Counted from the first letter of the stretch, positions 46,132-55,288 are shown. The stretch: 64,000 nt of DNA from an uncultured Vicinamibacteraceae bacterium (GCA_964624855.1 CAZUZW010000009.1:2921-66920); one strand, 5' to 3'. Translations and numbers: made by a program. The notes: generated by a model not told the origin, from the sequence alone.

Positions 46132-47703
46132 TTATCTCGCATAGTCGATTGCACGCGTTTCACGAATAACAGTCACCTTGATTTGTCCTGGGTATTCCAG
46201 CTCGTTCTCCACTCTTTTCGCGATGTCCTTGGAGAGCCAGACTGCTTCTTCATCGGAGACCTGTTCGCTTTCAACCATAATTCTGATTTCTCGACCTGCT
46301 TGTAACGCAAAGGCCTTGGATACACCCTTAAATGAGTCGGCGATGCTTTCGAGATTTTCTAGGCGCTTGACATAAGATTCCAGGATATCTCGGCGGGCGC
46401 CTGGACGTGCTGCTGAGATGGCATCAGCTGCTTGCACGAGCATTGCTTCAAGCGACGGCCAGTCAATATCCATGTGATGGGCGGCCATAGCGTCTACTAC
46501 CGCATCGCTCTCCCCATGTTGGCGAAGAAACTCAATACCCAGCTCAAGATGAGTGCCCTGTAGTTCACGGTCCATGGCTTTCCCAATGTCGTGAAGGAAA
46601 GCAGCCCGCACAGAAACATCGGCGTTGAGACCTAACTCTCTCGCCATAATGCCAGCTAGATATGCGACTTCTTTAGAATGGGATAGTACGTTTTGACCGT
46701 AACTGGTCCTGAATTTAAGTCGTCCCATCATTCGATAGAGCTCAGGGTGCATATCGTGCAACCCGAGTTCAAATCCGGCAGCTTCTCCCTCTTTTAGTGT
46801 GGCTTCGTCGACTTCGGATTTAACTCGTTCGACAACCTCTTCAATACGTGCCGGATGGATTCGCCCATCGGCGATCAGGGATTCGATTGCTTGTTTTGCG
46901 ACCGCTCTTCGATATGGGTCGAAGCTTGACAGGATGATTGCCCCTGGCGTGTCATCGACGATCAATTCCACCCCTGTTGCGACTTCCAGTGCACGAATAT
47001 TGCGTCCTTCTCGTCCAATTATTCGACCTTTTAGATCGTCACTTGGTAAATCTACTACCGAGACTGTCGTCTCTATGGCGTGTTCAGGCGCGCTGCGCTG
47101 GATGGCTTGTGCAATGATGTGCTTCGCCTTGGCCGTCGCAGTTTCTCTGGCTTCGTGTTCAAGCTTTTTTACGAGGTGCGCAGCGTCGTGTCGAGCTTCA
47201 GTTTCTAATTGGCGCAGCAAAACTTCCTTCGCTTCGTCTGCTGTCATTGATGACACACTTTGCAGTTTCCGTTGATGTTCTTCGACCAACGCAGTGTAGT
47301 GCGCTGTTTGGGTTTCAAGTTCCTTTGCCTGTTCTCGAAAAGAACGTTGTTCTTGCTGGATCGCTTGTTCCGCTCGCTCTACCGCTGACCGACGCTCGGC
47401 TACGTCACGGGTTTCTTCTGCTAATTGCTTTTCTCGGGCTAACGCTTCAGTTTGACGAACTCTAGATTCTTCTTCGGCGGTCCGTTGAAGTTCGTGGGCG
47501 TCTTCCTTGGCTTTAAGTAATATTTCTTTCCCTCGTGTATCGGCGTCTCGTGCGGCATCATGTAGCAGCCGTGAGGCTTCTTTCGACGCACGACCCACTG
47601 TCTCGGTGACTTGTCTTTTTGTGATGAGCCACGCGAGAAAAAGACCGACGCTAGTGGCGAGAATAACAATGAGTGCCGCTGACCCTGAGAATAGCTGGCT
47701 CAT
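46132..47703 (-). CDS. rny: Ribonuclease Y
   Basis: N-terminal TM helix, long coiled coil, KH domain (LKGRIIGREGRNIRALE) and HD domain (AFLHDIGK). Start taken at MSQLFSG. Confidence 0.9.
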   Translation of the reverse strand: MSQLFSGSAALIVILATSVGLFLAWLITKRQVTETVGRASKEASRLLHDAARDADTRGKEILLKAKEDAHELQRTAEEESRVRQTEALAREKQLAEETRDVAERRSAVERAEQAIQQEQRSFREQAKELETQTAHYTALVEEHQRKLQSVSSMTADEAKEVLLRQLETEARHDAAHLVKKLEHEARETATAKAKHIIAQAIQRSAPEHAIETTVSVVDLPSDDLKGRIIGREGRNIRALEVATGVELIVDDTPGAIILSSFDPYRRAVAKQAIESLIADGRIHPARIEEVVERVKSEVDEATLKEGEAAGFELGLHDMHPELYRMMGRLKFRTSYGQNVLSHSKEVAYLAGIMARELGLNADVSVRAAFLHDIGKAMDRELQGTHLELGIEFLRQHGESDAVVDAMAAHHMDIDWPSLEAMLVQAADAISAARPGARRDILESYVKRLENLESIADSFKGVSKAFALQAGREIRIMVESEQVSDEEAVWLSKDIAKRVENELEYPGQIKVTVIRETRAIDYAR

Positions 47704-47835
47704 ACGCACGTTCCTGTTAGAACCTGCGGCGGCCCTGTAAAACACTCAGGTCACGGAAAATTGACGAAAAGTCAAACCCCGCGTTGCCGTGTGGGGAGGT
47801 CGTATGAACCTGCCTCTAGCAGGTGGAGCCGCTAC

Positions 47836-47897
47836 GTGAGCTTCGCTTCAGGCTTCCTCACTCGAAGGCATGCACACCACGAAGCATTGCAGCTCAC
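47836..47897 (-). other. Extended imperfect hairpin in the zapA-rny spacer (part of a candidate structured RNA)
   Basis: GTGAGCT (47836-42) pairs with AGCTCAC (47891-97), and GCTTC (47845-49) pairs with GAAGC (47881-85). They are separated by a 2x5 internal loop. An apical CTTC/GAAG stem sits at 47853-56/47864-67. Strand assigned by context only. Confidence 0.4.
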
Positions 47898-48078
47898 TTC
47901 GACGAAACGTTGGCTCAAACGAGCCCCCAAAACCATCACTAACATTGCAGGGAAACTAAACAATAACGTCATCTGCCAACCATCGGTTGACTCGTGACCG
48001 CATCAAGACACGCCGTTATTACAAATAATCTTCATCTTATGGCGAAGCTGGATTACTGGCAAGTCGATGTCGAAAGTT

Positions 48079-48408
48079 TCATGTGCTACTGCTTGCCAGA
48101 GCTTCGTCAACGAGTTTTTCGAGGTTCAGGGTTACCTGGTTGGCGGTTTTGGTGCCGATATTGGGGCTATGCTGTTTAAGCTTTAGGTAATCGTCGGCGA
48201 TATTCAATGCTGCAAGGACAGCTATTCGTAGTGAGTCAGCACCAGCCGTCTGCTCGGAAGCTGTTTGCATCTTCTGGTCCACATATGCAGCAAGTTCGGC
48301 TACGTAGTTGGTATCCAAATTACTTCGAACTTTATAGGGTTGTCCCAGAATTTCGATGTTAACTACAACCCCGGATGCTTCAGGTGCTCTATTAGCTTCA
48401 ACCGGCAT
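48079..48408 (-). CDS. zapA: Cell division protein ZapA
   Basis: VNIEILGQPYKVRS...YVAELAAYVDQKM...LRIAVLAALNIADDYLKL matches the ZapA pattern. Confidence 0.75.
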   Translation of the reverse strand: MPVEANRAPEASGVVVNIEILGQPYKVRSNLDTNYVAELAAYVDQKMQTASEQTAGADSLRIAVLAALNIADDYLKLKQHSPNIGTKTANQVTLNLEKLVDEALASSST

Positions 48409-48417
48409 TGGTTACTC

Positions 48418-48687
48418 CTAGAAGTTAATCCGTTCCAGTTGTTCCAAAATTGTTGTGACCCGCTTGCGAATCTGTTCACGCTCGTCCAAAAGGTTCGCTA
48501 CCTCTGTCGGGTCGCTTTGACTCGCCGATCTTTCGTTTTCAAGGTCTTCTATTACTTTAGTCAGACGAACATTGTCTTCAACCTGTTTTGATAGTTCATT
48601 CTTCGTCTGCTCGAGTAGTTCGACCAGTTCTTTGACCTTGTTGGCGAGACGTTCGATCGATTCTATGTCAACGGTGTAGGTGCCCAT
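48418..48687 (-). CDS. Small coiled-coil protein (ZapB-like?)
   Basis: 89-aa heptad-rich ORF immediately upstream of zapA. The start is taken at the internal Met so that it does not overlap pheT. Confidence 0.4.
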   Translation of the reverse strand: MGTYTVDIESIERLANKVKELVELLEQTKNELSKQVEDNVRLTKVIEDLENERSASQSDPTEVANLLDEREQIRKRVTTILEQLERINF

Positions 48688-48718
48688 AGTAGCCTTCGGT
48701 GGCTTGCCCAGAGGGCCT

Positions 48719-50860
48719 TCAACGTAATGTCGCGTGATGACGTTTCTTAAGCGTCTCGACGACGGTATCAATTGCTGTCTGAACCTCTACATCAGTCAGA
48801 GTACGCTCGGCTGCCTGGAACGTGAGACGCAACGCTAAACTGACACACCCGTCTGGAACCCCTTTACCGCGGTAGCGGTCAAATTCACGAATGTTGACAA
48901 GTGTCTCCGGCGCGGTATTTTCGATCGTCTCACGAACAGTTGCGGCAGGCAAGGAATCCTCGACGATGAAAGCAAGGTCACGTATGACTGATGGATGCCG
49001 TGGCACTGAGGTCGCCTGCAGTTGATTGCGATCAATCGCGACGGATGTGATGGCTGCAAGATCGAGTTCGGCCACGTATATCTCTTCCACAGATTCAGGA
49101 AGACCTCGCGTTGCAGCCAAGCTGGGCTTCAGTTGTCCGAATACCCCCAGTGGCACAGGTCTTGTATCGTCAGGTGATAGCGCGCTAACTTGAGCCGCTC
49201 GACCGAGGACAAATATTGAGCTATCGATAGTTTCAAATCGAGGTGCTACGCCGAGTGCTTCACACAGGCGTTCGACTATGCCTTTGATGTCAAATAGGTC
49301 TACTAAGCGGTCCTTTGTACTCCAGTGTTCCGCTGTTCCTGCACCTGTGATGATTATGGCCGCTCCCGAAGTCTCACCAGTCGACTGTCTAAAGCGTTTG
49401 CCGACCTCGAAGAGTCTGATGTCTCGACGTTCGCGCCGCCTGTTATGAATGAGCGAGGCGAGCAATCCTGGAATGAGGGACGGGCGGAGTACCGTGTATT
49501 TTTCTGACAATGGATTAGCGATATCAACCAGGTCGTTCTCGTCGTCTACAAACGGTAGCGCCGCAGTTCGGTCGGTAAAGCTGTAAGTTATAGCTTCCGA
49601 GCAACCGCCTGCCGTCAAAACCTGACGGAGTAAACGTTGTTGTTTGTGCCACGGACTTAACTGCACGGGAGCCTGAATAACGGGTGGAAATGTAGATGAG
49701 AGACGGTCGTACCCGTAGTGTCGAGCAACCTCTTCGATTAAGTCGATTTCTTGGCTGACGTCCACTCGACGCGACGGTGCGACCACATTCCACCTTGGTT
49801 CCGACTCCGCTTTGTCACGGTTGTCATCTGGTCTTAGACCTTCCGAGGTTGGTTCGAGTGTGAAGTCCAGTCGTTTTAGCGTGGCTTCGACGAAAGTCGA
49901 ACTGATCTTCTTACCAAGAATTTTTGAAATTCTATTGTGTCGAAGCAGAATTGACTGCGTTGAACTATGTGGCTGCGGGTAATTATCTAGAACAGGACCA
50001 CGCAATTTTCCGGCGCCAGTTTCATGAAATAGTGTCAATGCACGGCGCAGGGCCGTGACGGGAATCTCAATATCGCCTCCTCGTTCGAATCGGTATGACG
50101 CCTCTGTGGATAAAGCAAGTCGTTTGCTGGTTCGTCGGACGGAGGTCGGCTGAAAATAGGCACTCTCCAGTACGACGGACCGCGAGGAGCTCGAAACCTC
50201 CGAGTTGGCACCTCCCATGATGCCGGCAATGGCCTGTGGTTGGGTCGCGTCGGCGATCACTAGGATATCGGGCGAAAGACGACGTTCTTGTCCGTCGAGT
50301 GTCAGAATTTGTTCGTCATTTTTAGCCAAGCGAACCTTAATGGTTTCATTTTTAAGACATTCTAGGTCGAATGCGTGCATCGGTTGGCCCATTTCAAGCA
50401 TCACATAGTTTGTGATGTCGACGATGTTATTGACCGGGCGAACGCCCGTCGCGGCAAGCCGAGCCGCGAGCCAACCTGGAGACGGACCAACGGTGACATC
50501 TACCACGGCACCGGCGTACCGTAGACACAAATCTGGAGCTTCGATACTGATATCTAAATTTAAGGTGTCGCTACCCTCATTCGTAGCCGGTTCTTCGGCC
50601 ACGTTGATCTCAGAAGCGCGGAGTTCAGAGTCGTAAATTGTCGACACTTCTCTGGCAATGCCAAGAACGTTCAGGCAGTCTGGTCGATTGGTTGTGATCT
50701 CAAGGTCGAGGACGGCATCTGGCTTGCCGCCGGCCACCGACGTCGAGATTGATTCGACCGCTGACACTTCGAACCCATGTGTTGTTAACGCGTCGGCCAG
50801 CTCTTCGGTGCTGACGTCAACGTCTACGAAGTCACGCAGCCAAGAAAGAAGGATTCTCAA
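48719..50860 (-). CDS. pheT: Phenylalanine--tRNA ligase beta subunit (short form lacking the OB tRNA-binding domain)
   Basis: B1 N-terminus MRILLSWLRDFV, then LEITTNRPDCLNVLGIAREV (B3_4), B5 and the C-terminal FDX-ACB domain. 713 aa. Confidence 0.9.
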   Translation of the reverse strand: MRILLSWLRDFVDVDVSTEELADALTTHGFEVSAVESISTSVAGGKPDAVLDLEITTNRPDCLNVLGIAREVSTIYDSELRASEINVAEEPATNEGSDTLNLDISIEAPDLCLRYAGAVVDVTVGPSPGWLAARLAATGVRPVNNIVDITNYVMLEMGQPMHAFDLECLKNETIKVRLAKNDEQILTLDGQERRLSPDILVIADATQPQAIAGIMGGANSEVSSSSRSVVLESAYFQPTSVRRTSKRLALSTEASYRFERGGDIEIPVTALRRALTLFHETGAGKLRGPVLDNYPQPHSSTQSILLRHNRISKILGKKISSTFVEATLKRLDFTLEPTSEGLRPDDNRDKAESEPRWNVVAPSRRVDVSQEIDLIEEVARHYGYDRLSSTFPPVIQAPVQLSPWHKQQRLLRQVLTAGGCSEAITYSFTDRTAALPFVDDENDLVDIANPLSEKYTVLRPSLIPGLLASLIHNRRRERRDIRLFEVGKRFRQSTGETSGAAIIITGAGTAEHWSTKDRLVDLFDIKGIVERLCEALGVAPRFETIDSSIFVLGRAAQVSALSPDDTRPVPLGVFGQLKPSLAATRGLPESVEEIYVAELDLAAITSVAIDRNQLQATSVPRHPSVIRDLAFIVEDSLPAATVRETIENTAPETLVNIREFDRYRGKGVPDGCVSLALRLTFQAAERTLTDVEVQTAIDTVVETLKKRHHATLR

Positions 50861-51915
50861 TAGGGAAACTGCTCCAATAGACGTAAGTCATTGTCATAAA
50901 ACAACCGAATATCTTCGACACGATACTTTAGCAGGGCGACTCGATCGATTCCGACACCGAATGCCCAACCGGTGTATCGCTCGGGGTCATATCCGACTGC
51001 ACGAAAAACAGCAGGGTGTACCATTCCGCTTCCAAGAATTTCAAGCCAGCCCGTTTTTTTACAAACTGGACAGCCGGCGCCTTCACAGAAGACGCAGGTA
51101 ATGAAGACTTCGGCACTGGGCTCGGTATACGGAAAAAAGCTCGGTCGGAACATCACCTTGATTTCAGGCGAGAATAATTCGCGCAGAAAACATTCGAGAG
51201 TGCCTTTAAGGTCCGCCATCGTTACGTCTTCACCAACCAACAGTCCTTCCACTTGTTGAAACATCGGTGAATGTGTGAGGTCGGGAGTATCCCGGCGATA
51301 AACGAGTCCAGGGGCGATGATGCGCACTGGTGGTTCGTGGGTCTCCATATATCGGATTTGCATCCCCGATGTATGAGTACGAAGTAATGTGGCTGGACGC
51401 TTGTCGGTGTCGTTTGTGGCGGTCAACGGCTCTTGGAGGTAGAGCGTGTCCTGCATATCTCTGGCCGGATGGTCGGCCGGCATATTGAGAGCCTCAAAGT
51501 TGTGATAGTCGTCTTCCACCTCTGGTCCATGAAGGATTTCGAATCCTAGGCTTGAAAAGATGCGTTCGATTTCTTCCCTTAACAGTGTTAGTGGATGCCG
51601 ATGACCGAGTGGCGATTCTCGACCTGGCAGCGTGACGTCAATCTCTTCTGCTGTCGTCTGTCTGGGCTCCAAACCTTCACGCCTGGTAAGAAGAGCTGCT
51701 TCAATTTCTTTCTTGAGTGAGTTGGCCGCTGTTCCTAAAGTGCGGCGTTGGTCAACTGGAACAGAAGCGATCGTCTTTAGTAAAGCGGCCAGTAAACCAC
51801 GTTTCCGACCGAGGTAGTGGTCATGAAGGTTCTGTAAGTCTCTACTGGTTGAGACGTCGCTAAGCGCACTCCGGAATTCTGTGCGCAGTCGATCGATGTC
51901 GGAGGAGACAGTCAC
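50857..51915 (-). CDS. pheS: Phenylalanine--tRNA ligase alpha subunit
   Basis: Class II motifs including HPARDMQDT, LRTHTS and FFPYTEPS. 4-nt overlap with pheT. Confidence 0.95.
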   Translation of the reverse strand: MTVSSDIDRLRTEFRSALSDVSTSRDLQNLHDHYLGRKRGLLAALLKTIASVPVDQRRTLGTAANSLKKEIEAALLTRREGLEPRQTTAEEIDVTLPGRESPLGHRHPLTLLREEIERIFSSLGFEILHGPEVEDDYHNFEALNMPADHPARDMQDTLYLQEPLTATNDTDKRPATLLRTHTSGMQIRYMETHEPPVRIIAPGLVYRRDTPDLTHSPMFQQVEGLLVGEDVTMADLKGTLECFLRELFSPEIKVMFRPSFFPYTEPSAEVFITCVFCEGAGCPVCKKTGWLEILGSGMVHPAVFRAVGYDPERYTGWAFGVGIDRVALLKYRVEDIRLFYDNDLRLLEQFPY

Positions 51916-51936
51916 CCGCGAGAAATCGCGTAGGCG

Positions 51937-52296
51937 TTAACTGGCCTGCGCCTCTTTAACTTGGCTGGCCAAATGGGCGAATGCGTTAGGTTCTGTCACG
52001 GCAAGGTCAGCCAAGGCCTTCCGGTCGAGACCCACACCAGACGTCTTTAGGCCTGCCATGAATTGGCTATAGCTCAGTCCATGCTCTCGTGCGGCGGCAT
52101 TGATTCGAATTACCCATAGCCGCCGAAAATCTCGTTTCTTGCGGCGACGGCCGACAAAAGCATAAGCGAGCGAGGTGTCGACAGCTTCTTTAGCGGCACG
52201 ATAAAGCTTGCTCTTTGTCTGATAAAAACCCTTGGCCCTCGCCAGTAGTCGACGGCGTTTTCTTCGTCTTAACGGGCCACGTTTTACTCGAGGCAT
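51937..52296 (-). CDS. rplT: 50S ribosomal protein L20
   Basis: MPRVKRG...RRRKKRDFRRLWVIRINAAAR. Confidence 0.95.
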   Translation of the reverse strand: MPRVKRGPLRRRKRRRLLARAKGFYQTKSKLYRAAKEAVDTSLAYAFVGRRRKKRDFRRLWVIRINAAAREHGLSYSQFMAGLKTSGVGLDRKALADLAVTEPNAFAHLASQVKEAQAS

Positions 52297-52405
52297 GATG
52301 TTTTAACTCCTAAGTTTCTTATTGCGAGCCAAGAATCAGCGGTAAACGAATACACCGAGTCTTGATTTTCTAATGTCTTCATGTGTTGCGACTGGTGATC
52401 CTTGA

Positions 52406-52603
52406 TCATTTATACGGAATCATTTTCTCCACGCGTGGAGTGTCAGCAGTCGATATTAATGTAGTGCCTCTAAGGTTTCGCCGACGTTTTGTTGTTTTGC
52501 TTGTCAGGATATGTTGTTTGAATGCCTTAGCGCGGGAAACCTTGCCGTTACCAGTCTTATTAAACCGTTTCGCGGCACCGCGGTGAGTTTTAATTTTCGG
52601 CAT
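52406..52603 (-). CDS. rpmI: 50S ribosomal protein L35
   Basis: [14 protein letters not shown]...; 65 aa. Confidence 0.95.
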   Translation of the reverse strand: MPKIKTHRGAAKRFNKTGNGKVSRAKAFKQHILTSKTTKRRRNLRGTTLISTADTPRVEKMIPYK

Positions 52604-52643
52604 AGCTGTTCCGTTTTCGATAAGTTAAAAAGTAAAGGATTAT

Positions 52644-52677
52644 ATAAGACGGTTAGCGTGATCCTAAGACGTCTTAT
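52644..52677 (-). promoter_or_regulatory. 8-bp stem hairpin in the infC-rpmI spacer (possible L20 operator or attenuator)
   Basis: ATAAGACG (52644-51) is the exact reverse complement of CGTCTTAT (52670-77), with an 18-nt loop. On the minus strand an A/T-rich tract follows. Confidence 0.3.
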
Positions 52678-52698
52678 CTCATAATCGTATTTGCTGCG

Positions 52699-53256
52699 TT
52701 AACGTCCCTTTCGTGCCACGGTTTTACTGGTCAAGATGGTGTGCATTTGATTGCCTTCCATTCGAGGCATCGTTTCTTGCGAGGCGACTTCTGAGAGATC
52801 TTCCACGAGGCGGTTAAGGATGTGACGCCCGAATTCTGGGTGGGCCATCTCTCGTCCTCTAAAAAAAATGGTCGCTTTTACTTTGTCTCCGTGTGCCAAA
52901 AATCGTTCCACATGTTTTTTCTTGAACTGATAATCGTGCTCATCAACCTTGGGCCTGAATTTGATTTCCTTTATGTCGATCGTTTTCTGATTTTTCTTGG
53001 CCTGTCGGGTTCGCTTCTGTTCTTGATACTGGTAGCGGCCATAGTCGGTAATACGACACACCGGTGGTTGTGCTGTTGGTGATACTTCCACCAAGTCAAG
53101 TTCTTTTCCACGGGCAATCGTCAGAGCTTCTTGGGGTGACATTACACCCAATTGCTGACCTTCGTCATCGATTACTCTGACTTCCCTAACTCGAATACGT
53201 TCGTTGGTTCTCGTGCGACTTTGACGAAAATCTCGACGTGGTCCTCGAAAAGCGAT
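52699..53256 (-). CDS. infC: Translation initiation factor IF-3, non-canonical AUC start
   Basis: The listed ORF starts at an internal TTG. Extending upstream in frame gives IAFRGPRRDFRQSRTRTNERIRVREVRVIDDEGQQLGVMSPQEAL, the normal IF-3 N-terminus. That frame is closed by TAA two codons further up. ATC at 53256-53254 lies 6 nt after AGGAGG. Confidence 0.85.
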   Translation of the reverse strand: MAFRGPRRDFRQSRTRTNERIRVREVRVIDDEGQQLGVMSPQEALTIARGKELDLVEVSPTAQPPVCRITDYGRYQYQEQKRTRQAKKNQKTIDIKEIKFRPKVDEHDYQFKKKHVERFLAHGDKVKATIFFRGREMAHPEFGRHILNRLVEDLSEVASQETMPRMEGNQMHTILTSKTVARKGR

Positions 53257-53321
53257 ACTTTACCTCCTAGCTGTGAGTGTGGTTTGCACAGATCACACCA
53301 GAGTTACGGGCGTCTGTTATC

Positions 53322-55247
53322 TTAACCTTCAGCGGGTGAACGTTTCACACGAACCTCTTCTAGTGACGCCTTGACGAACGACTCAAGGGCTTGACTGCCT
53401 TGGTCCCCCAGGGTGACATTTCGAACTGACACGGTACCTTCAGATGATTCTCGGTCTCCCACTACAAGCATATATGGTACTTTGCGAAGTTGTGCTTCGC
53501 GAATTTTATACCCGATTTTTTCTTGTCGACTGTCAACTTTGACCCGTAAACCGGCAGCGAGAAGTTTTTCTTTGACCGCATGCGCGTATTCGACGTGACG
53601 ATCGGCGATGGGAAGGACAATAACTTGAAGTGGGGCCAGCCACAGTGGAAATTTTCCCGCGTAGTGTTCGATTAAGAGAGCTATAAACCGCTCAAAACTG
53701 CCAAAAATTGCACGGTGGATGACGACAGGGCTGTGCTCTGCGTTATCTGCTCCAATGTACTTTAGTTTAAATCTCTTGGGAAGTTGGTAATCTAACTGAA
53801 TTGTTGCGCATTGCCACTTTCTACCGATAGCGTCAGTTACATGAAAGTCTATCTTCGGGCCGTAAAAATTTCCTTCACCTTCAGAAAGCTCGAATGGCCG
53901 TTCTGTTGCAGTGAGCGCTTGATTTAGTTGGTCTTCTGCGTGACTCCACGTTTCTATGTCCCCCAGAAAGTCTTCGGGCCGTGTGGACAGCTCCATTGAA
54001 TATTCAAGGCCGAAGTCGTCGTACACGCGGTCGATCATACGTAGAAGTTGCTCGACTTCTTCTCGAATTTGGTCTTCGGTGACAAAACAATGAGCGTCGT
54101 CTTGGCAGAATTGTCTGACCCGTGTCAGGCCAGACAGAACACCAGATGCTTCGTCTCTGTGCAGGACACCTTGATCGTGAAACCGTAAGGGCAGGTCTCG
54201 ATAGCTTCGAACTTCACTGGCAAAGACCAGCATGTGTGCCGGGCAGTTCATAGCCTTAAGTCCGAAAGGTTCACCTTCGGATTCCACAAGAAACATGTTT
54301 TTTCGATAATGCTCCCAGTGTCCCGATGTTTCCCAGAGTTGGCGGTTAAAAACTAGCGGCGTTCGAAGTTCCGTATAACCTTCTGGATAGAGCACTTCCC
54401 GCATGTATTCGGCCAATTGGTTGTACAGCGTTGTTCCGTCGGCTAACCAAAAAGGGGCACCAGGTGCAAACTGGTGAAATGTAAAGAGTCCCAGCTCTTT
54501 ACCGAGTTTACGGTGGTCACGTTTTTTTGCTTCCTCCAATCGGTGGAGGTGGGTTTTAAGGGCGGATTCTTTAAAGAATGCCGTTCCGTAGATGCGCTGC
54601 ATTGGTTGATTCTGTGCATCGCCTTTCCAGTAGGCATTGGAGCTGTTGAGGACCTTGAACGCCTTTAGTCTCCCTGTAGACGGCACATGCGGTCCCGTGC
54701 AGAAATCAATGAAGACCTCTCCAATGGTGTAACACGACACTACCGGTCCACCCTTTTCCTCAATCAGTTGCACTTTGAGTGGCTCAGCCTTGTCATGGAA
54801 GTAATCTTTTGCCTCTTCTTTTGAAAGCATCCTGCGCTCGAATGGCAGATTTTTCGACGCAAACTCTTTCATCTTTTGTTCAATAGCGGCGAGATCTTCA
54901 GGTACAAATGGTCGGTTGACAACGAAGTCGTAAAAGAAACCCTCATCAGTCGGCGGACCAATACCGCACTGGGCTTCCGGGAACAGAGCAGTGACGGCTG
55001 CAGCCAGTAAGTGAGCAGTTGAATGGCGGTAGAGATACAGCGCTTCTGGTGAATCCTGAGTCACGAACGTGACGGTCGAATTCGCTTCAAGAGGAAACGA
55101 CAGGTCAACCATCCGTTTATTTACTACTGCGGCCAAGACTTGTTTCGCGAAACGTGGAGAGATGCTCTCGGCGATTGCAGAGACTGGTTGGCCCGGCGAA
55201 GCCATTTTGGTGGCTCCGTCCGGAAGCGTCACGGTAAGTGCATTCAT
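53322..55247 (-). CDS. thrS: Threonine--tRNA ligase
   Basis: TGS domain N-terminus, editing-domain HSTAHLL, and class II core (GPPTDEGFFYDF, RVRQFCQDDAH). Confidence 0.95.
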   Translation of the reverse strand: MNALTVTLPDGATKMASPGQPVSAIAESISPRFAKQVLAAVVNKRMVDLSFPLEANSTVTFVTQDSPEALYLYRHSTAHLLAAAVTALFPEAQCGIGPPTDEGFFYDFVVNRPFVPEDLAAIEQKMKEFASKNLPFERRMLSKEEAKDYFHDKAEPLKVQLIEEKGGPVVSCYTIGEVFIDFCTGPHVPSTGRLKAFKVLNSSNAYWKGDAQNQPMQRIYGTAFFKESALKTHLHRLEEAKKRDHRKLGKELGLFTFHQFAPGAPFWLADGTTLYNQLAEYMREVLYPEGYTELRTPLVFNRQLWETSGHWEHYRKNMFLVESEGEPFGLKAMNCPAHMLVFASEVRSYRDLPLRFHDQGVLHRDEASGVLSGLTRVRQFCQDDAHCFVTEDQIREEVEQLLRMIDRVYDDFGLEYSMELSTRPEDFLGDIETWSHAEDQLNQALTATERPFELSEGEGNFYGPKIDFHVTDAIGRKWQCATIQLDYQLPKRFKLKYIGADNAEHSPVVIHRAIFGSFERFIALLIEHYAGKFPLWLAPLQVIVLPIADRHVEYAHAVKEKLLAAGLRVKVDSRQEKIGYKIREAQLRKVPYMLVVGDRESSEGTVSVRNVTLGDQGSQALESFVKASLEEVRVKRSPAEG

Positions 55248-55288
55248 AAGGTTAAGTACTTAACTAATGGGGTTTGAAACGCTGGCCA

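Noticed and set aside
46799-47275. 158-aa plus-strand ORF
   Set aside because: It is antisense to rny, whose KH and HD domains are unambiguous. The ORF is a Ser/Ala/Arg-rich shadow of the coiled-coil region.
47761-47997. 78-aa plus-strand ORF (TTG start) inside the zapA-rny spacer, and the adjacent 47994-48179 ORF
   Set aside because: It has a non-ATG start with no Shine-Dalgarno sequence. It is a highly basic, low-complexity peptide, oriented against both neighbours. The region is better explained as structured non-coding RNA or leader sequence. A small protein cannot be excluded without ribosome profiling.
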